Assembly: GCA_038200165.1 (NCBI GenBank)
Contig: JBBPYF010000046.1
Coordinates: 11,871-75,870, forward strand
DNA length: 64,000 nt
Direction: 5' to 3'
Origin: Chthoniobacterales bacterium
Lineage (GTDB): Bacteria; Verrucomicrobiota; Verrucomicrobiia; Chthoniobacterales; UBA10450
The notes below the pieces were generated by a model. The model did not search any database. It saw only the letters and a program-made list of their open reading frames with translations, and was not told the DNA's origin. Positions 45,576 through 54,728 of this stretch are shown in pieces. Position 1 is the first letter of the stretch. Each line of letters opens with the position of its first letter. The translations under genes were made by a program, and so were the position numbers.

Positions 45576-46901
45576 ATGAGCGGTGATGCCATTGGTCTAC
45601 GCGGCCACGTCATCGATGCGCCGGAGTTTGGGAAGCTCCATAGCGAAACTGATGGTGCGTTGATCATCAAAGCCGGAAAGATCGTCGCCCGCGGAAAGTT
45701 CGAGGAGGTGCGCGCGTCTTTCGCCGAGCAGGTGCGCTGGAACGAACCGGACAGCCTCGCCGTCTTCCCTGGCCTTATCGATTGCCATACTCACCTTCCG
45801 CAATATCCCGCCGTGGCGCGTGGCGAAAGCGAGCTGCTCCCCTGGCTGCGCAACGTCATCTTTCCGCTGGAGCGTGATTTCACCGCTGACCGCGCGCGCG
45901 CGGAAGCGCCGCTTTTTTTCGAGGAACTCGCGCGCAATGGCACCACCACCGCGGCGATTTTCACCGCGATTTACCAGGACAGTTGCGATGTAGCTTTCCA
46001 GGCGGCGAAGGCGAGCGGGCTGCGCGCCATCATCGGCAAAATGATGATGGACGTCGGCTCCTACGGACAGCTTCAACCGCACGAGGCCCTGGCCGTTTCG
46101 CTGAACGAAAGCGAACGGCTCTGCCGCAAGTGGCACGGCGTTGATGATGGCCGGCTCGAGTACGCCTTCAGTCCACGATTCGCGGTGACGTGCTCGAAGG
46201 CGATGATGGAGAGCGCGGCGAAACTGGCGACGACGCTGGGCGCGTTTTTGCAAACGCACCTGGGGGAAAATCGCGACGAAATTAAGACCGTGCGTCGATT
46301 GTTCCCGAGCGCGTGTGATTACACCGACCTCTACCAGCAGTGCGGAATGCTCACACGTAAAACCATCCTCGGCCATTGTCTCCATCTAAGCCCGCGCGAG
46401 ATCAAAGCCATCGCTGCTGCCGGCGCTAGTGTCGCCCATTGTCCCACCTCGAATCTTTTTCTCGGCAGCGGCCTCTTTCGGGTGGAGGAATTCACCGAGG
46501 CTGGCATTCGCCTTGGCCTCGGCTCGGATGTCGCGGCCGGTCCCGAACTGAACATGTGGCAGGTGATGCGCGCGGCCATTGAAGTGCAGAAAGCGCGCGC
46601 TTGTTACGAACCGGCGGCGCGGGTGTTACGGCCGGCGGAGGCATTTTATCTCGCCACTCTCGGAGGCGCGCACGCCCTCGGAAAATCGAATATCATCGGG
46701 ACGCTGGAGGTCGGGAAAGACGCAGACCTGACGCTGGTCGATCTCAGCCGCGTGCGTCCTTATCATCAATATGCAATGGGGGAAATTTCGGCTGAAGATG
46801 TGGTCGCGCTCTGCATTTACCGCGGCGGGCCGGAGAGCACCGCGGCTATTTACGTCCGCGGCCGTTGCGTTTACCGGCGCGATCGTGCGCCTGCGCCATG
46901 A
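45576..46901 (+). CDS. guaD: Guanine deaminase (amidohydrolase superfamily)
   Basis: PGLIDCHTHLPQYP metal-binding HxH and the downstream pattern ..QTHLGEN.., HC.H., GSDVAAG typical of guanine deaminases. Confidence 0.8.
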   Translation: MSGDAIGLRGHVIDAPEFGKLHSETDGALIIKAGKIVARGKFEEVRASFAEQVRWNEPDSLAVFPGLIDCHTHLPQYPAVARGESELLPWLRNVIFPLERDFTADRARAEAPLFFEELARNGTTTAAIFTAIYQDSCDVAFQAAKASGLRAIIGKMMMDVGSYGQLQPHEALAVSLNESERLCRKWHGVDDGRLEYAFSPRFAVTCSKAMMESAAKLATTLGAFLQTHLGENRDEIKTVRRLFPSACDYTDLYQQCGMLTRKTILGHCLHLSPREIKAIAAAGASVAHCPTSNLFLGSGLFRVEEFTEAGIRLGLGSDVAAGPELNMWQVMRAAIEVQKARACYEPAARVLRPAEAFYLATLGGAHALGKSNIIGTLEVGKDADLTLVDLSRVRPYHQYAMGEISAEDVVALCIYRGGPESTAAIYVRGRCVYRRDRAPAP

Positions 46902-47746
46902 TTGAACGCGATCCGATCAACCTGGCTTTGCGCGAAGATCTGGGCGACGCCGGCGACATTACCAGCGCGCTTTTCGTCGCGCCCGATGCTCGCGCACATG
47001 CTCGGGTGGTGCCGCGCGAGAAAGCGGTCATCGCCGGAACGCTGACAGCGGCGGAGGTGTTTCGCCGCGTCGATCCTGCGTTGAAAATCTCGGTCGAGCT
47101 GACTGACGGCACGCCTGTGCTCGGCGGCGAAACCATTCTCGAAATCCGCGGCTCCGCCCGCAGCATTCTCACGGCGGAACGGGTGGCGCTCAATTTTCTT
47201 CAGCGACTTTCTGGGATCGCGACGCTCACGCGCGAGTTCGTAGAAGCGGTGGGCGAAAATCCGGCACGTATCCTGGATACGCGCAAGACCACACCGGGAT
47301 TGCGCGCTCTGGAGAAAGCCGCAGTCGTGGCAGGCGGCGGGATGAATCATCGCTTCGGCCTCTTTGATCGCATTCTCGTGAAAGACAATCATCTCGCGCT
47401 GCAGCCCGATCTTGGGAAACTCGCGAGCGCGATTCGGGCAGCGAAAATTCAGCAGCCGCCACTGGAAGTAGAAGTGGAAGCCGACACCCTCGAGCAGGTG
47501 CGCGCGCTCGTGAAGATCGAAGGCATCGACGTCATCCTGCTCGACAACATGCCGACGCCGGAGTTGCGTGAAGCGGTTGCACTCGGGCGTAAACACAACA
47601 TCAAATTCGAAGCGAGCGGTGGCGTGAATCTGAGGACGGTGCGCCGTATCGCCGCTACTGGTGTCGATTATATCTCGGTCGGCGCGCTCACCCACTCCGC
47701 ACCGGCAATTGATATCTCGCTCGATGTTATCGGCACGCGTGGCTGA
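46898..47746 (+). CDS. nadC: Nicotinate-nucleotide diphosphorylase (carboxylating)
   Basis: LREDLGDAGDITS, TRKTTPGLRALEKAAVVAGGGMNHRFGL and LDNM. ATGA overlap with guaD. Confidence 0.93.
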   Translation: MIERDPINLALREDLGDAGDITSALFVAPDARAHARVVPREKAVIAGTLTAAEVFRRVDPALKISVELTDGTPVLGGETILEIRGSARSILTAERVALNFLQRLSGIATLTREFVEAVGENPARILDTRKTTPGLRALEKAAVVAGGGMNHRFGLFDRILVKDNHLALQPDLGKLASAIRAAKIQQPPLEVEVEADTLEQVRALVKIEGIDVILLDNMPTPELREAVALGRKHNIKFEASGGVNLRTVRRIAATGVDYISVGALTHSAPAIDISLDVIGTRG

Positions 47747-48398
47747 TCGGCTCGACGCCGTGCGCATCCGCGCCGCCCTGGGCGATGACGTTCTCATCGG
47801 GCGCGAAATCATCGTGCGCGAGCAAACCACATCGACGAACGATTCACTCTGGCAACTGGCCAAAGCCGGCGCCCCGGAAGGCCTGGTCGTTTTTGCGGAA
47901 CATCAAACGGGCGGGCGCGGCCAGCGTGGCAATGTCTGGGAGTCAGCCGCGCACAAAGGTCTTTGGTTTTCGATTCTCCTGAGGCCAGACATCGCCGTGA
48001 GCGAGTCGGCGCAATTGACGCAATGGGCGGCGAAGATGATCGCGGCCACCATTGGAAATTGCTGCCTATGCAAAGCGACAATCAAGCCGCCGAATGACGT
48101 GTTTGTGGCGAATCGCAAGGTGGCTGGCGTCCTCGTGGAAATGCGCGCGCAATTCCACGCGCCGCATCTCGCCATCGTCGGCATTGGCGTGAATGTGAAT
48201 CATCAGTCGCACGATTTTTCACCGGCCGTGCGCGACCGCGCCGGTTCACTCGCGATGCTGCTTGGCGGATCGATGGATAGAACTGAGTTCGCCATTACCC
48301 TGCTGCAGAATCTCGACCGGAGTTATCCCGCGCTTCTGTCGCCGACATCTCGCCCAACCATTCTCGATACACCACCGGCGAAATCTCCGAAGGCTTGA
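47724..48398 (+). CDS. birA: Biotin--[acetyl-CoA-carboxylase] ligase, class I, apparently lacking the C-terminal domain
   Basis: GGRGQRGNVWES, KPPNDVFVANRKVAGVLVE and GIGVNVN. Only ..LLQNLDRSYPALLSPTSRPTILDTPPAKSPKA follows the core. Confidence 0.8.
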   Translation: MLSARVADRLDAVRIRAALGDDVLIGREIIVREQTTSTNDSLWQLAKAGAPEGLVVFAEHQTGGRGQRGNVWESAAHKGLWFSILLRPDIAVSESAQLTQWAAKMIAATIGNCCLCKATIKPPNDVFVANRKVAGVLVEMRAQFHAPHLAIVGIGVNVNHQSHDFSPAVRDRAGSLAMLLGGSMDRTEFAITLLQNLDRSYPALLSPTSRPTILDTPPAKSPKA

Positions 48399-49434
48399 TC
48401 TCGCTGCGCCCGCCCCAGAACACGTTGGTGTAGGAAACGGGAATCCCGACCGCGGCAAGATGCGCGTCGATCGCCGCCTTGTGCTCGAGCAGGCGCGCTT
48501 TGTCGGTGCCGTGCGCGACGGCCATGATGTTGACGTTACAAAACTTCGGCCCGCCTTCGCGCCAGTAACAATGCGTCAAAATATGATGCCGGCCCACTTC
48601 ACCGCCCGCTTCCACTTCGCGCCCGGGCGGCACCGCCCAGTGAAATAGCGCGTTGAATCGCGTGACGCGAATGCCGGTCGCGCTCGGCTTCACGTGCTCC
48701 AGAAAAGTCGAGAAACGCCCGATCACTTTGCGGGTGTTCAACTCTTCGGCGACGCGATAAAACTCTTCGAGCGAAACGCCGGCTACCGCTGCCCGCGCCC
48801 GCCACGGCGACGGCTGAATTTCCTCCGGCCTAAACTCACGCTTCAGGGCCAGCAGAACATTCCACTCGCGTTCGCTCAGTTCGACCGGCCGCACTTCGAG
48901 CATCTTCGCGCACTCGGTCGCGCGGCTGCCCGGCTCAATTGTTCTCCGCCGGACATGACCAACGCCAAGCGTGAAGATTCCTTTCGCTGGCATGATGCGG
49001 AAGCGCTCCGCTCCCACCTCTCGCGCCACGATTTGGCAATGCCGCCCAAAGGAAAATCCGCGCGGCACTTTCACCGTCGTCCAAAGCTTGTAATCGGATC
49101 CAGCGGTGAGTGTATCGGTCGATCGCAAAACGACGTGACCGGAGAATGGGTCGCGCTGAAACATCCAATCGAACGCCGCGTCGATTTTCTCCTCCGGAAC
49201 CTTCCACGCCACGAGCGCACCTTGGGCGAGGTTCGTGGCGAGTAACGTCTGCCGCACCCGCCGGATGGTGCCCGCGCGCAGCATGGCCGCGATTCGCGCC
49301 ATCACGACGTCGACTTCCACACCACTGCGCCGCGCGATCTCCTCGAACGGCTCGCGCACAAAGCCTTCGATCTTGTCCTCGGACGCCGCGAGGATGCGTT
49401 CGTTGATAGGATCGTTGTGCTCCACTGCGAGCAT
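48295..49434 (-). CDS. Tandem AsnC/Lrp-like protein resembling siroheme decarboxylase (NirDL/AhbAB type)
   Basis: Two halves, each with an HTH-like start (PFEEIARRSGVEVDVVMARI.. / AAVAGVSLEEFYRVAEEL..), then ..ALVAWKVP..FSGHVVLRS..YKLWTTV and ..ALFHWAVP..ILTHCYWRE..NVNIMAV. These echo the 'vsHnYeR..nlWf' pattern as I recall it. ATG 49434 preferred. Confidence 0.6.
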   Translation of the reverse strand: MLAVEHNDPINERILAASEDKIEGFVREPFEEIARRSGVEVDVVMARIAAMLRAGTIRRVRQTLLATNLAQGALVAWKVPEEKIDAAFDWMFQRDPFSGHVVLRSTDTLTAGSDYKLWTTVKVPRGFSFGRHCQIVAREVGAERFRIMPAKGIFTLGVGHVRRRTIEPGSRATECAKMLEVRPVELSEREWNVLLALKREFRPEEIQPSPWRARAAVAGVSLEEFYRVAEELNTRKVIGRFSTFLEHVKPSATGIRVTRFNALFHWAVPPGREVEAGGEVGRHHILTHCYWREGGPKFCNVNIMAVAHGTDKARLLEHKAAIDAHLAAVGIPVSYTNVFWGGRSEIKPSEISPVVYREWLGEMSATEARDNSGRDSAAG

Positions 49435-49506
49435 GGGCTTACCTTGGCGGCAAAGGTGGCTATTCACCAGCGCGTTTGCCAGCCCGAGACCGAACCAAAT
49501 CGCGCC

Positions 49507-50172
49507 ATGATCAAAGCCATCTTCTTCGATGCCGCGGGGACGCTGTTGCACCTGCGCGGCAGCGTCGGCCAACATTATGCCGAAATTGCGCGGCAGCTCG
49601 GGATTGAACTTTCGCCCGCAGATCTCGAGCGTGCATTTTTGCACGCGTGGAAACAATCGCCAACGCGTCCGGCCATCGATGGGCCGCGGGCTGACGACGA
49701 CAAATCCTGGTGGCGCGATTTGGTGAATGTCGTTCTCGGCCATGTTCCCAGGGTTCCCGCGGATTTCGATCGCGACCGGTTTTTCGAACTGGCCTACGCG
49801 CACTTCAGCCAGTCTGGTGTCTGGCTGCTTTATTCGGAGGTTCGCGATGTTCTGGCAACGCTTGCGCCGAAATATCAGCTCAACGTGATCTCAAATTTCG
49901 ACCGCCGTCTCTTGGCCATCCTTCAGCATCTCGAAATCGCTCCCTATTTCCGCCACGTCTTTCTCTCCAGCGAACTCGGCGCCGATAAACCCGATCCTGA
50001 GATTTACCGGCGCGCGCTGGCCCGGAGTGGCTTTAGCGCGCACGAAACGCTGCACGTCGGAGATGATCGCGAGCGTGACTGGGCGCCGGCGCGCGCCGCA
50101 GGCATGCACTTCTTTGAACTCGATCGCGCGAAACATTCGTTGAGCGACTTGCTACCCTATCTCGAGCAGTGA
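49507..50172 (+). CDS. HAD-superfamily hydrolase
   Basis: IFFDAAGTL (motif I), ISNFD (motif II) and GDDRERD (motif IV). ATG 49507 preferred. Confidence 0.8.
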   Translation: MIKAIFFDAAGTLLHLRGSVGQHYAEIARQLGIELSPADLERAFLHAWKQSPTRPAIDGPRADDDKSWWRDLVNVVLGHVPRVPADFDRDRFFELAYAHFSQSGVWLLYSEVRDVLATLAPKYQLNVISNFDRRLLAILQHLEIAPYFRHVFLSSELGADKPDPEIYRRALARSGFSAHETLHVGDDRERDWAPARAAGMHFFELDRAKHSLSDLLPYLEQ

Positions 50173-50176
50173 AGCG

Positions 50177-50248
50177 TGGGTTGGGTGGGACTCGAACCCA
50201 CAACCAACGCCTTAAAAGGGCGCTGCTCTACCATTGAGCTACCAACCC
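50177..50248 (-). tRNA. tRNA-Lys (anticodon UUU)
   Basis: Hand-folded cloverleaf of the reverse complement: GGGUUGG-UA-GCUC AAUGGUA GAGC-A-GCGCC CUUUUAA GGCGU-UGGUU-GUGGG UUCGAGU CCCAC-CCAACCC-A. No encoded CCA. Confidence 0.9.
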
Positions 50249-50310
50249 GAGTTGCGGAGAAGCAGTTTGGACGGGTGGGCGAAATTTTCAATCAGAAGCG
50301 GACAGCTGTT

Positions 50311-50835
50311 TTACAGAAGAGACTCGTCCGACCGGTAGCTGAGTTCGCCGGCGATCATGTGAGCCGCTGAGGTGAATGGATGCGCTTCACTCTTTTTCTC
50401 ATTCACGATGTGAAACACCTCGACGCCTTTGCTTTTGAGGTAATCGGAGATCAACGCGCGGTGACAACGCCACCAGACAGCTTCGGCGCACATGATCGCG
50501 CTATCCTCGCGCGCAAGTGCGATCAGACGCTTCACGCCATCGTGAAACTCGCCTGTCTCCATGTAGTCGGCATAACCGCGGAAGGCGTCGTTGCGCCAGG
50601 CGGTGTTACGCGACTCAGGTCTCGGTTTGCGACGCCCGCCCAGCTCGAGAAGATGCACATAGATAATACCCTCGTTCGCTAATGATTGAGCCAGCGCTTC
50701 CTTGTTGAATTGCGGATAGCGTCGCGAGCCCGGAAACTGCCGCACGTCGGCGACAACGCGAATACTGTGTGCGGTAAGTATCCTGACAAACTCCTCGATC
50801 GTGCGAGTAGAATGACCCACCGTCCAGATTGTCAT
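50311..50835 (-). CDS. DUF488-family protein
   Basis: MTIWTVGHSTRTIEEFVRILTAHSIRVVADVRQFPGSRRYPQF matches my memory of DUF488 N-termini. Confidence 0.75.
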   Translation of the reverse strand: MTIWTVGHSTRTIEEFVRILTAHSIRVVADVRQFPGSRRYPQFNKEALAQSLANEGIIYVHLLELGGRRKPRPESRNTAWRNDAFRGYADYMETGEFHDGVKRLIALAREDSAIMCAEAVWWRCHRALISDYLKSKGVEVFHIVNEKKSEAHPFTSAAHMIAGELSYRSDESLL

Positions 50836-50840
50836 AGATC

Positions 50841-52046
50841 GTGATTAAGCGAACTATCGCTATCTACCGCCGCGTGCCAACCTCGTTCGCACGAGACGTT
50901 CTCCTGCCATTGGTCATAACGCGAGTGGCTCTTACTCTCGTGGCTTGGCTCGGCTTTCGTCTGCTGCCTTTATCCAGTGGCTTTCCGCTTTCCTGGGAAA
51001 TCGGCAAGGATGGCGCGGTTCACCGCACAACCACAGGGGCGCCAAGCGCACACTCCCTCATCAATATGTGGTCCCGCTGGGACTCCGGCTGGTATTTGGA
51101 GATAGCAAAGTCCGGATACAACTATGAACCGGGCAAACCAAGCGGCGCGGCTTTCTTTCCGTTGTATCCCGCAGTTACCCGCGCGTTTCAGAGTATTCTA
51201 TTTTTGCCTAAGACAGACCTTTGGTACCTCGTTGCCGGTTTAGCAGTATCAAACATCTCGCTACTCGTAACTCTCGCGTACCTATATGTCTTAGTTCGGC
51301 TTGAGTACAACGATGATGTCGCGAGACGTGCTGTCTTCTGCCTGCTTCTTTTCCGCACCACGTTCTTTCTGTCCTCAGTCTACTCGGAGTCAACGTTCCT
51401 TGCCCTGTCGATCAGCTCCTTCTACTACGCGCGCAAAGCACACTGGATCGCGGCGTGTGTGTTGGCAGCGTTGGCCGCTCTTTGCCGCTCACAAGGAATC
51501 ATTCTTCTCCTGCCCTTATTGACGGAATACTTCGCGCAGAGGAAATTAAACTGGCGGTTGGTCAGGTGGGATATCGCTGCTTTCGGGCTCATCCCGCTTG
51601 CTGTCTTTGCCTTCGCTGCTTACCTCCATTGGCGCTTCGGAAGCTGGTCTACGGTTTTCCATGCTCAACAGCCGTGGGGACGGCGTTTTCTTGCCCCGTG
51701 GTATACGCTTTCCTGGGTGCTCGGTCATATTTCTCCGCTTACTCCAGCTAGCCATGACTGGCTCGACCTTGGGTTCTTTGCTCTGCTCGTCGCCGCTAGC
51801 ACCGCTGCTCGAATGTGGCTGCGCGTGCCGTATGCAGTCTATCTCTGGACGGCAACAATCTTCTTTTCCTGCTGGGGAATGCTCGGTTCCCTCCCGCGGT
51901 TCGTGCTGGTTGTCTTTCCGGTGTTCATCTTGTTCGCCTTACTTTGTGAAAAGAGCCGGGCTTTTCGTTTAACTTACCTGACCGTTTGCTCGATGCTTAG
52001 TGCGCTGTTGTTCGTCATGCACTCGCAGTGGCAGTGGGTGGCGTGA
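50841..52046 (+). CDS. Integral-membrane GT-C-type mannosyltransferase-like protein (PIG-V/Mannosyl_trans2-like)
   Basis: WSRWDSGWYLEIAKSGY..AAFFPLYP loop motif and about 9 TM helices. Noticeably lower G+C than the surroundings. Confidence 0.6.
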   Translation: MIKRTIAIYRRVPTSFARDVLLPLVITRVALTLVAWLGFRLLPLSSGFPLSWEIGKDGAVHRTTTGAPSAHSLINMWSRWDSGWYLEIAKSGYNYEPGKPSGAAFFPLYPAVTRAFQSILFLPKTDLWYLVAGLAVSNISLLVTLAYLYVLVRLEYNDDVARRAVFCLLLFRTTFFLSSVYSESTFLALSISSFYYARKAHWIAACVLAALAALCRSQGIILLLPLLTEYFAQRKLNWRLVRWDIAAFGLIPLAVFAFAAYLHWRFGSWSTVFHAQQPWGRRFLAPWYTLSWVLGHISPLTPASHDWLDLGFFALLVAASTAARMWLRVPYAVYLWTATIFFSCWGMLGSLPRFVLVVFPVFILFALLCEKSRAFRLTYLTVCSMLSALLFVMHSQWQWVA

Positions 52047-52096
52047 CTTTTGCGCTTGCCTTTGCCCGCGCCGGTCGCAGTATAGACTGGAACAAA

Positions 52097-52624
52097 ATGA
52101 AGAGACTCATCGTCGCCGCTATAATGTTCGCTTCAGCTACCTCCTATACCATGGCCCAGAATGTACCATCCGTCGGAGCCGCCGCCCCACCGGTCAAGCT
52201 TACCTCGAACGAAGGAAAAACGGTTAGCTTGAGTGACTTCAAGGGCAAATGGGTCGTGCTCTATTTTTACCCGAAGGATTTTACCAGCGGCTGCACGCTC
52301 GAGGCGCAGAACTTTCAGCGCGACTTGGACAAGTTCGAGAGTGCCGGTGCGGTGATACTTGGAGTGAGCGTTGACAATGCCGAGTCGCACAAGAGCTTTT
52401 GCACGAAGGAAGGATTAAACTTCAAGTTACTCGCCGATACCGACGGCAAAGTATCGGAGAGCTATGGCTCGATCAAAGAGTACGACGGCAAGCGCATGTC
52501 GGCGCGTAATACCTTTATTATTAATCCGGAAGGAAAGATCGTGAAGACATTCACCGGGGTGAAGCCGGCCACCCACAGCGAAGAAGTGATGAAGGCTTTG
52601 TCGGAATTGCAAAAGCGAAGTTAA
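52097..52624 (+). CDS. bcp: Secreted peroxiredoxin, Bcp/AhpC-TSA family
   Basis: Signal peptide MKRLIVAAIMFASATSYTMA and FKGKWVVLYFYPKDFTSGCTLEA. Confidence 0.85.
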   Translation: MKRLIVAAIMFASATSYTMAQNVPSVGAAAPPVKLTSNEGKTVSLSDFKGKWVVLYFYPKDFTSGCTLEAQNFQRDLDKFESAGAVILGVSVDNAESHKSFCTKEGLNFKLLADTDGKVSESYGSIKEYDGKRMSARNTFIINPEGKIVKTFTGVKPATHSEEVMKALSELQKRS

Positions 52625-52636
52625 CGGAGATCAAGA

Positions 52637-52825
52637 ATGGCGACGCGAAAATCGATCGATTGCCGGGATCATCCGAGCGAGAATAATTGCTCGCTCAAGA
52701 TTTCCGGAACCGAAGAAGAAGTGTTGGATGCGGCGGTGCAGCACGCGGTCTCAGCCCACGGCCATAGAGAATCGGCCGAGTTGCGGCAGGAACTCCGCTC
52801 GATGCTGAAGGACGAAAACGACTAA
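52637..52825 (+). CDS. DUF1059-family small protein
   Basis: CRDHPSENNCSLKISGTEEEVLDAAVQHAVSAHGH fits the DUF1059 pattern as I remember it. Confidence 0.6.
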   Translation: MATRKSIDCRDHPSENNCSLKISGTEEEVLDAAVQHAVSAHGHRESAELRQELRSMLKDEND

Positions 52826-52892
52826 GGAGCGTTTTTATTTCAACGACGCTGAGCCGTCCCGCACGCGAAAAATCATCCTGGCGGCGAGTGCT

Positions 52893-53696
52893 GTGGCGGG
52901 CCTCTGCGTTCTCGTGGCAATGTTCTTCAACTTGCCTGACCAACTGATTCTTCTTCCGTCAACGCAGCCGATTAATCCGCACGGCGCGACTCGTAAAACC
53001 ATTCCATTCGAGAACGGTGAACTGGAGTTGTGGACGGGACGCTCGCGTCTCGCGCAACAATGCGGTCGCGCCGAAATCTACGTGCTGCGATTTTATGGTA
53101 ACGCCGATCGGGCCGACCGCTGGGTCGCGGCTGAAGCCGAGATGTGGAACGAGCGCGCCATGGAGATTTGGGGAATGAATTATCCGGGATTTGGCGGCAG
53201 CACTGGTCCAGCGCGGCTGAAGCGGATCGCGCCCGCGGCGCTGACGGCTTTCGACGCGCTGCGACGGGAAGCGGCCGAACAACCCATCGTGCTATTCGGG
53301 GCGAGCATCGGCACCGCGCCGGCGTTGCACATCGCGGCACATCGAGCGGTCGCGGGTTTGATTTTGCATAACCCGCCCGCGCTGCGGCAATTGATTCTGG
53401 GCCAGTATGGCTGGTGGAACGTTTGGCTTTTGGCGGGCCCGGTGGCGGCGCAAATTCCATCGGACCTGGACAGTATCGCCAATGCGGGCTCAGTCCATGC
53501 GCCGGCCATTTTTTTGCTGGCGGAAGAGGACGAGATCGTAGCCTCGCGTTATCAACGGCTCGTAGTCGATGCTTATGCGGGCGAGAAACGCGTCATCTGG
53601 TTGCGCGGCGCGCATCACAACAGTCCGATTGAAGGGGCGGGCCTGGCCGATTTATACAAAGCTCTGGATTGGCTTCTACCGCGGAGAAAAGACTGA
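52893..53696 (+). CDS. Alpha/beta hydrolase
   Basis: N-terminal TM, FGASIGTA nucleophile-elbow-like motif and a late ..RGAHHN.. histidine. Confidence 0.6.
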   Translation: MAGLCVLVAMFFNLPDQLILLPSTQPINPHGATRKTIPFENGELELWTGRSRLAQQCGRAEIYVLRFYGNADRADRWVAAEAEMWNERAMEIWGMNYPGFGGSTGPARLKRIAPAALTAFDALRREAAEQPIVLFGASIGTAPALHIAAHRAVAGLILHNPPALRQLILGQYGWWNVWLLAGPVAAQIPSDLDSIANAGSVHAPAIFLLAEEDEIVASRYQRLVVDAYAGEKRVIWLRGAHHNSPIEGAGLADLYKALDWLLPRRKD

Positions 53697-53705
53697 AGCC
53701 TTCGC

Positions 53706-54722
53706 CTAACGAGCTTTCACCGCCAGCGAAAGGATCAGTTTCTCTGAACTACTGACGACGAGAGCAAAACGATCATAGTCCAATTTATCGGGTGTGTCGG
53801 TCGCTTGGTGATAGTGCGGATAACGGAAAGGCGCTGTGTCTGTAATCATGATTCCGGGATAACCATGCTGCCAGAATGACCATTGGTCGGACCAACCGAC
53901 ACCGGTGATGAACGCGGGAAGTGCTGCGCCTTCCGCAGGAATTTTCCCGTCCTTACGAAACTCCGTGATCGCGCGCCTAACGAGTCCGCGCGAGGCAACG
54001 TTGCCGACGATGCCGATGAAGTTGCCCACTTTTGGATAAAAAGCGCCGAGCGCCGCAACCGGATAAGTCTGCGATCCTCGCGCATCGGAAAAGTATGCGA
54101 TCGTTTCCAAGCTGATCATTGCCACGATTTGATCGCCTCGCGCCTTACAACGACTCGCATAGACGAAACTTCCCATTTGCGATGTTTGAAAGTAGGGCGG
54201 CTCTTCGTTGACGAAGGCGACGAAGCGGAGCGTCGATGATAGCGGTCGTGTCGAAGTCGATTTTGCCAGTCGGCGGGCCAGCGCGAGCAGGGCGGCGACT
54301 CCACTGCCATTATCATTGGCGCCGGGTGCGCCGAAAACAGAATCGTAGTGGGCGCCGACCAGCACGACGTGCGATGACGTGCCACCGATTTCCGCTTCAA
54401 TATTGTAACAATCGCGGCCGCCAAGTTGATAGCTGTCACGGCGCGGTTGCAAGCCGGCATCGGAAAATGCTTTCTCAATGAAATCGGCAGCTGTCAGGAG
54501 TTGCGGATAGCGATGCATATTCCGTTCGCCGATTTGACCCGCGAGTATTTGCACGTTGGTCCGCAATTCCTCGCGCAAGGTGAGCTCGGCCGGTGCGAGC
54601 TGGGCCGCTTTAGAGATATTCTTGCCCGGTATTTTCAGGAGAAATAACCAAAAAGCGGTGCCACTAACGGCAACCAAAACAACATCCAAGAGGACACGGC
54701 GCCATGAGCCGGTAAACTTCAC
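53706..54722 (-). CDS. M28-family aminopeptidase, membrane-anchored
   Basis: VGAHYDSV and GANDNGSGVAALLALAR zinc-ligand motifs, plus FVNEEP. 7-nt gap after the ABC-2 permease gene. Confidence 0.8.
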   Translation of the reverse strand: MKFTGSWRRVLLDVVLVAVSGTAFWLFLLKIPGKNISKAAQLAPAELTLREELRTNVQILAGQIGERNMHRYPQLLTAADFIEKAFSDAGLQPRRDSYQLGGRDCYNIEAEIGGTSSHVVLVGAHYDSVFGAPGANDNGSGVAALLALARRLAKSTSTRPLSSTLRFVAFVNEEPPYFQTSQMGSFVYASRCKARGDQIVAMISLETIAYFSDARGSQTYPVAALGAFYPKVGNFIGIVGNVASRGLVRRAITEFRKDGKIPAEGAALPAFITGVGWSDQWSFWQHGYPGIMITDTAPFRYPHYHQATDTPDKLDYDRFALVVSSSEKLILSLAVKAR

Positions 54723-54728
54723 TTTGCT

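Noticed and set aside
50177-50310. An integrase, prophage or genomic island anchored at tRNA-Lys or tRNA-Gly.
   Set aside because: No integrase or recombinase-like ORF, and no direct repeat of the tRNA 3' end, is visible in the flanks. Only a compositional shift remains, and it is reported as low-interest.
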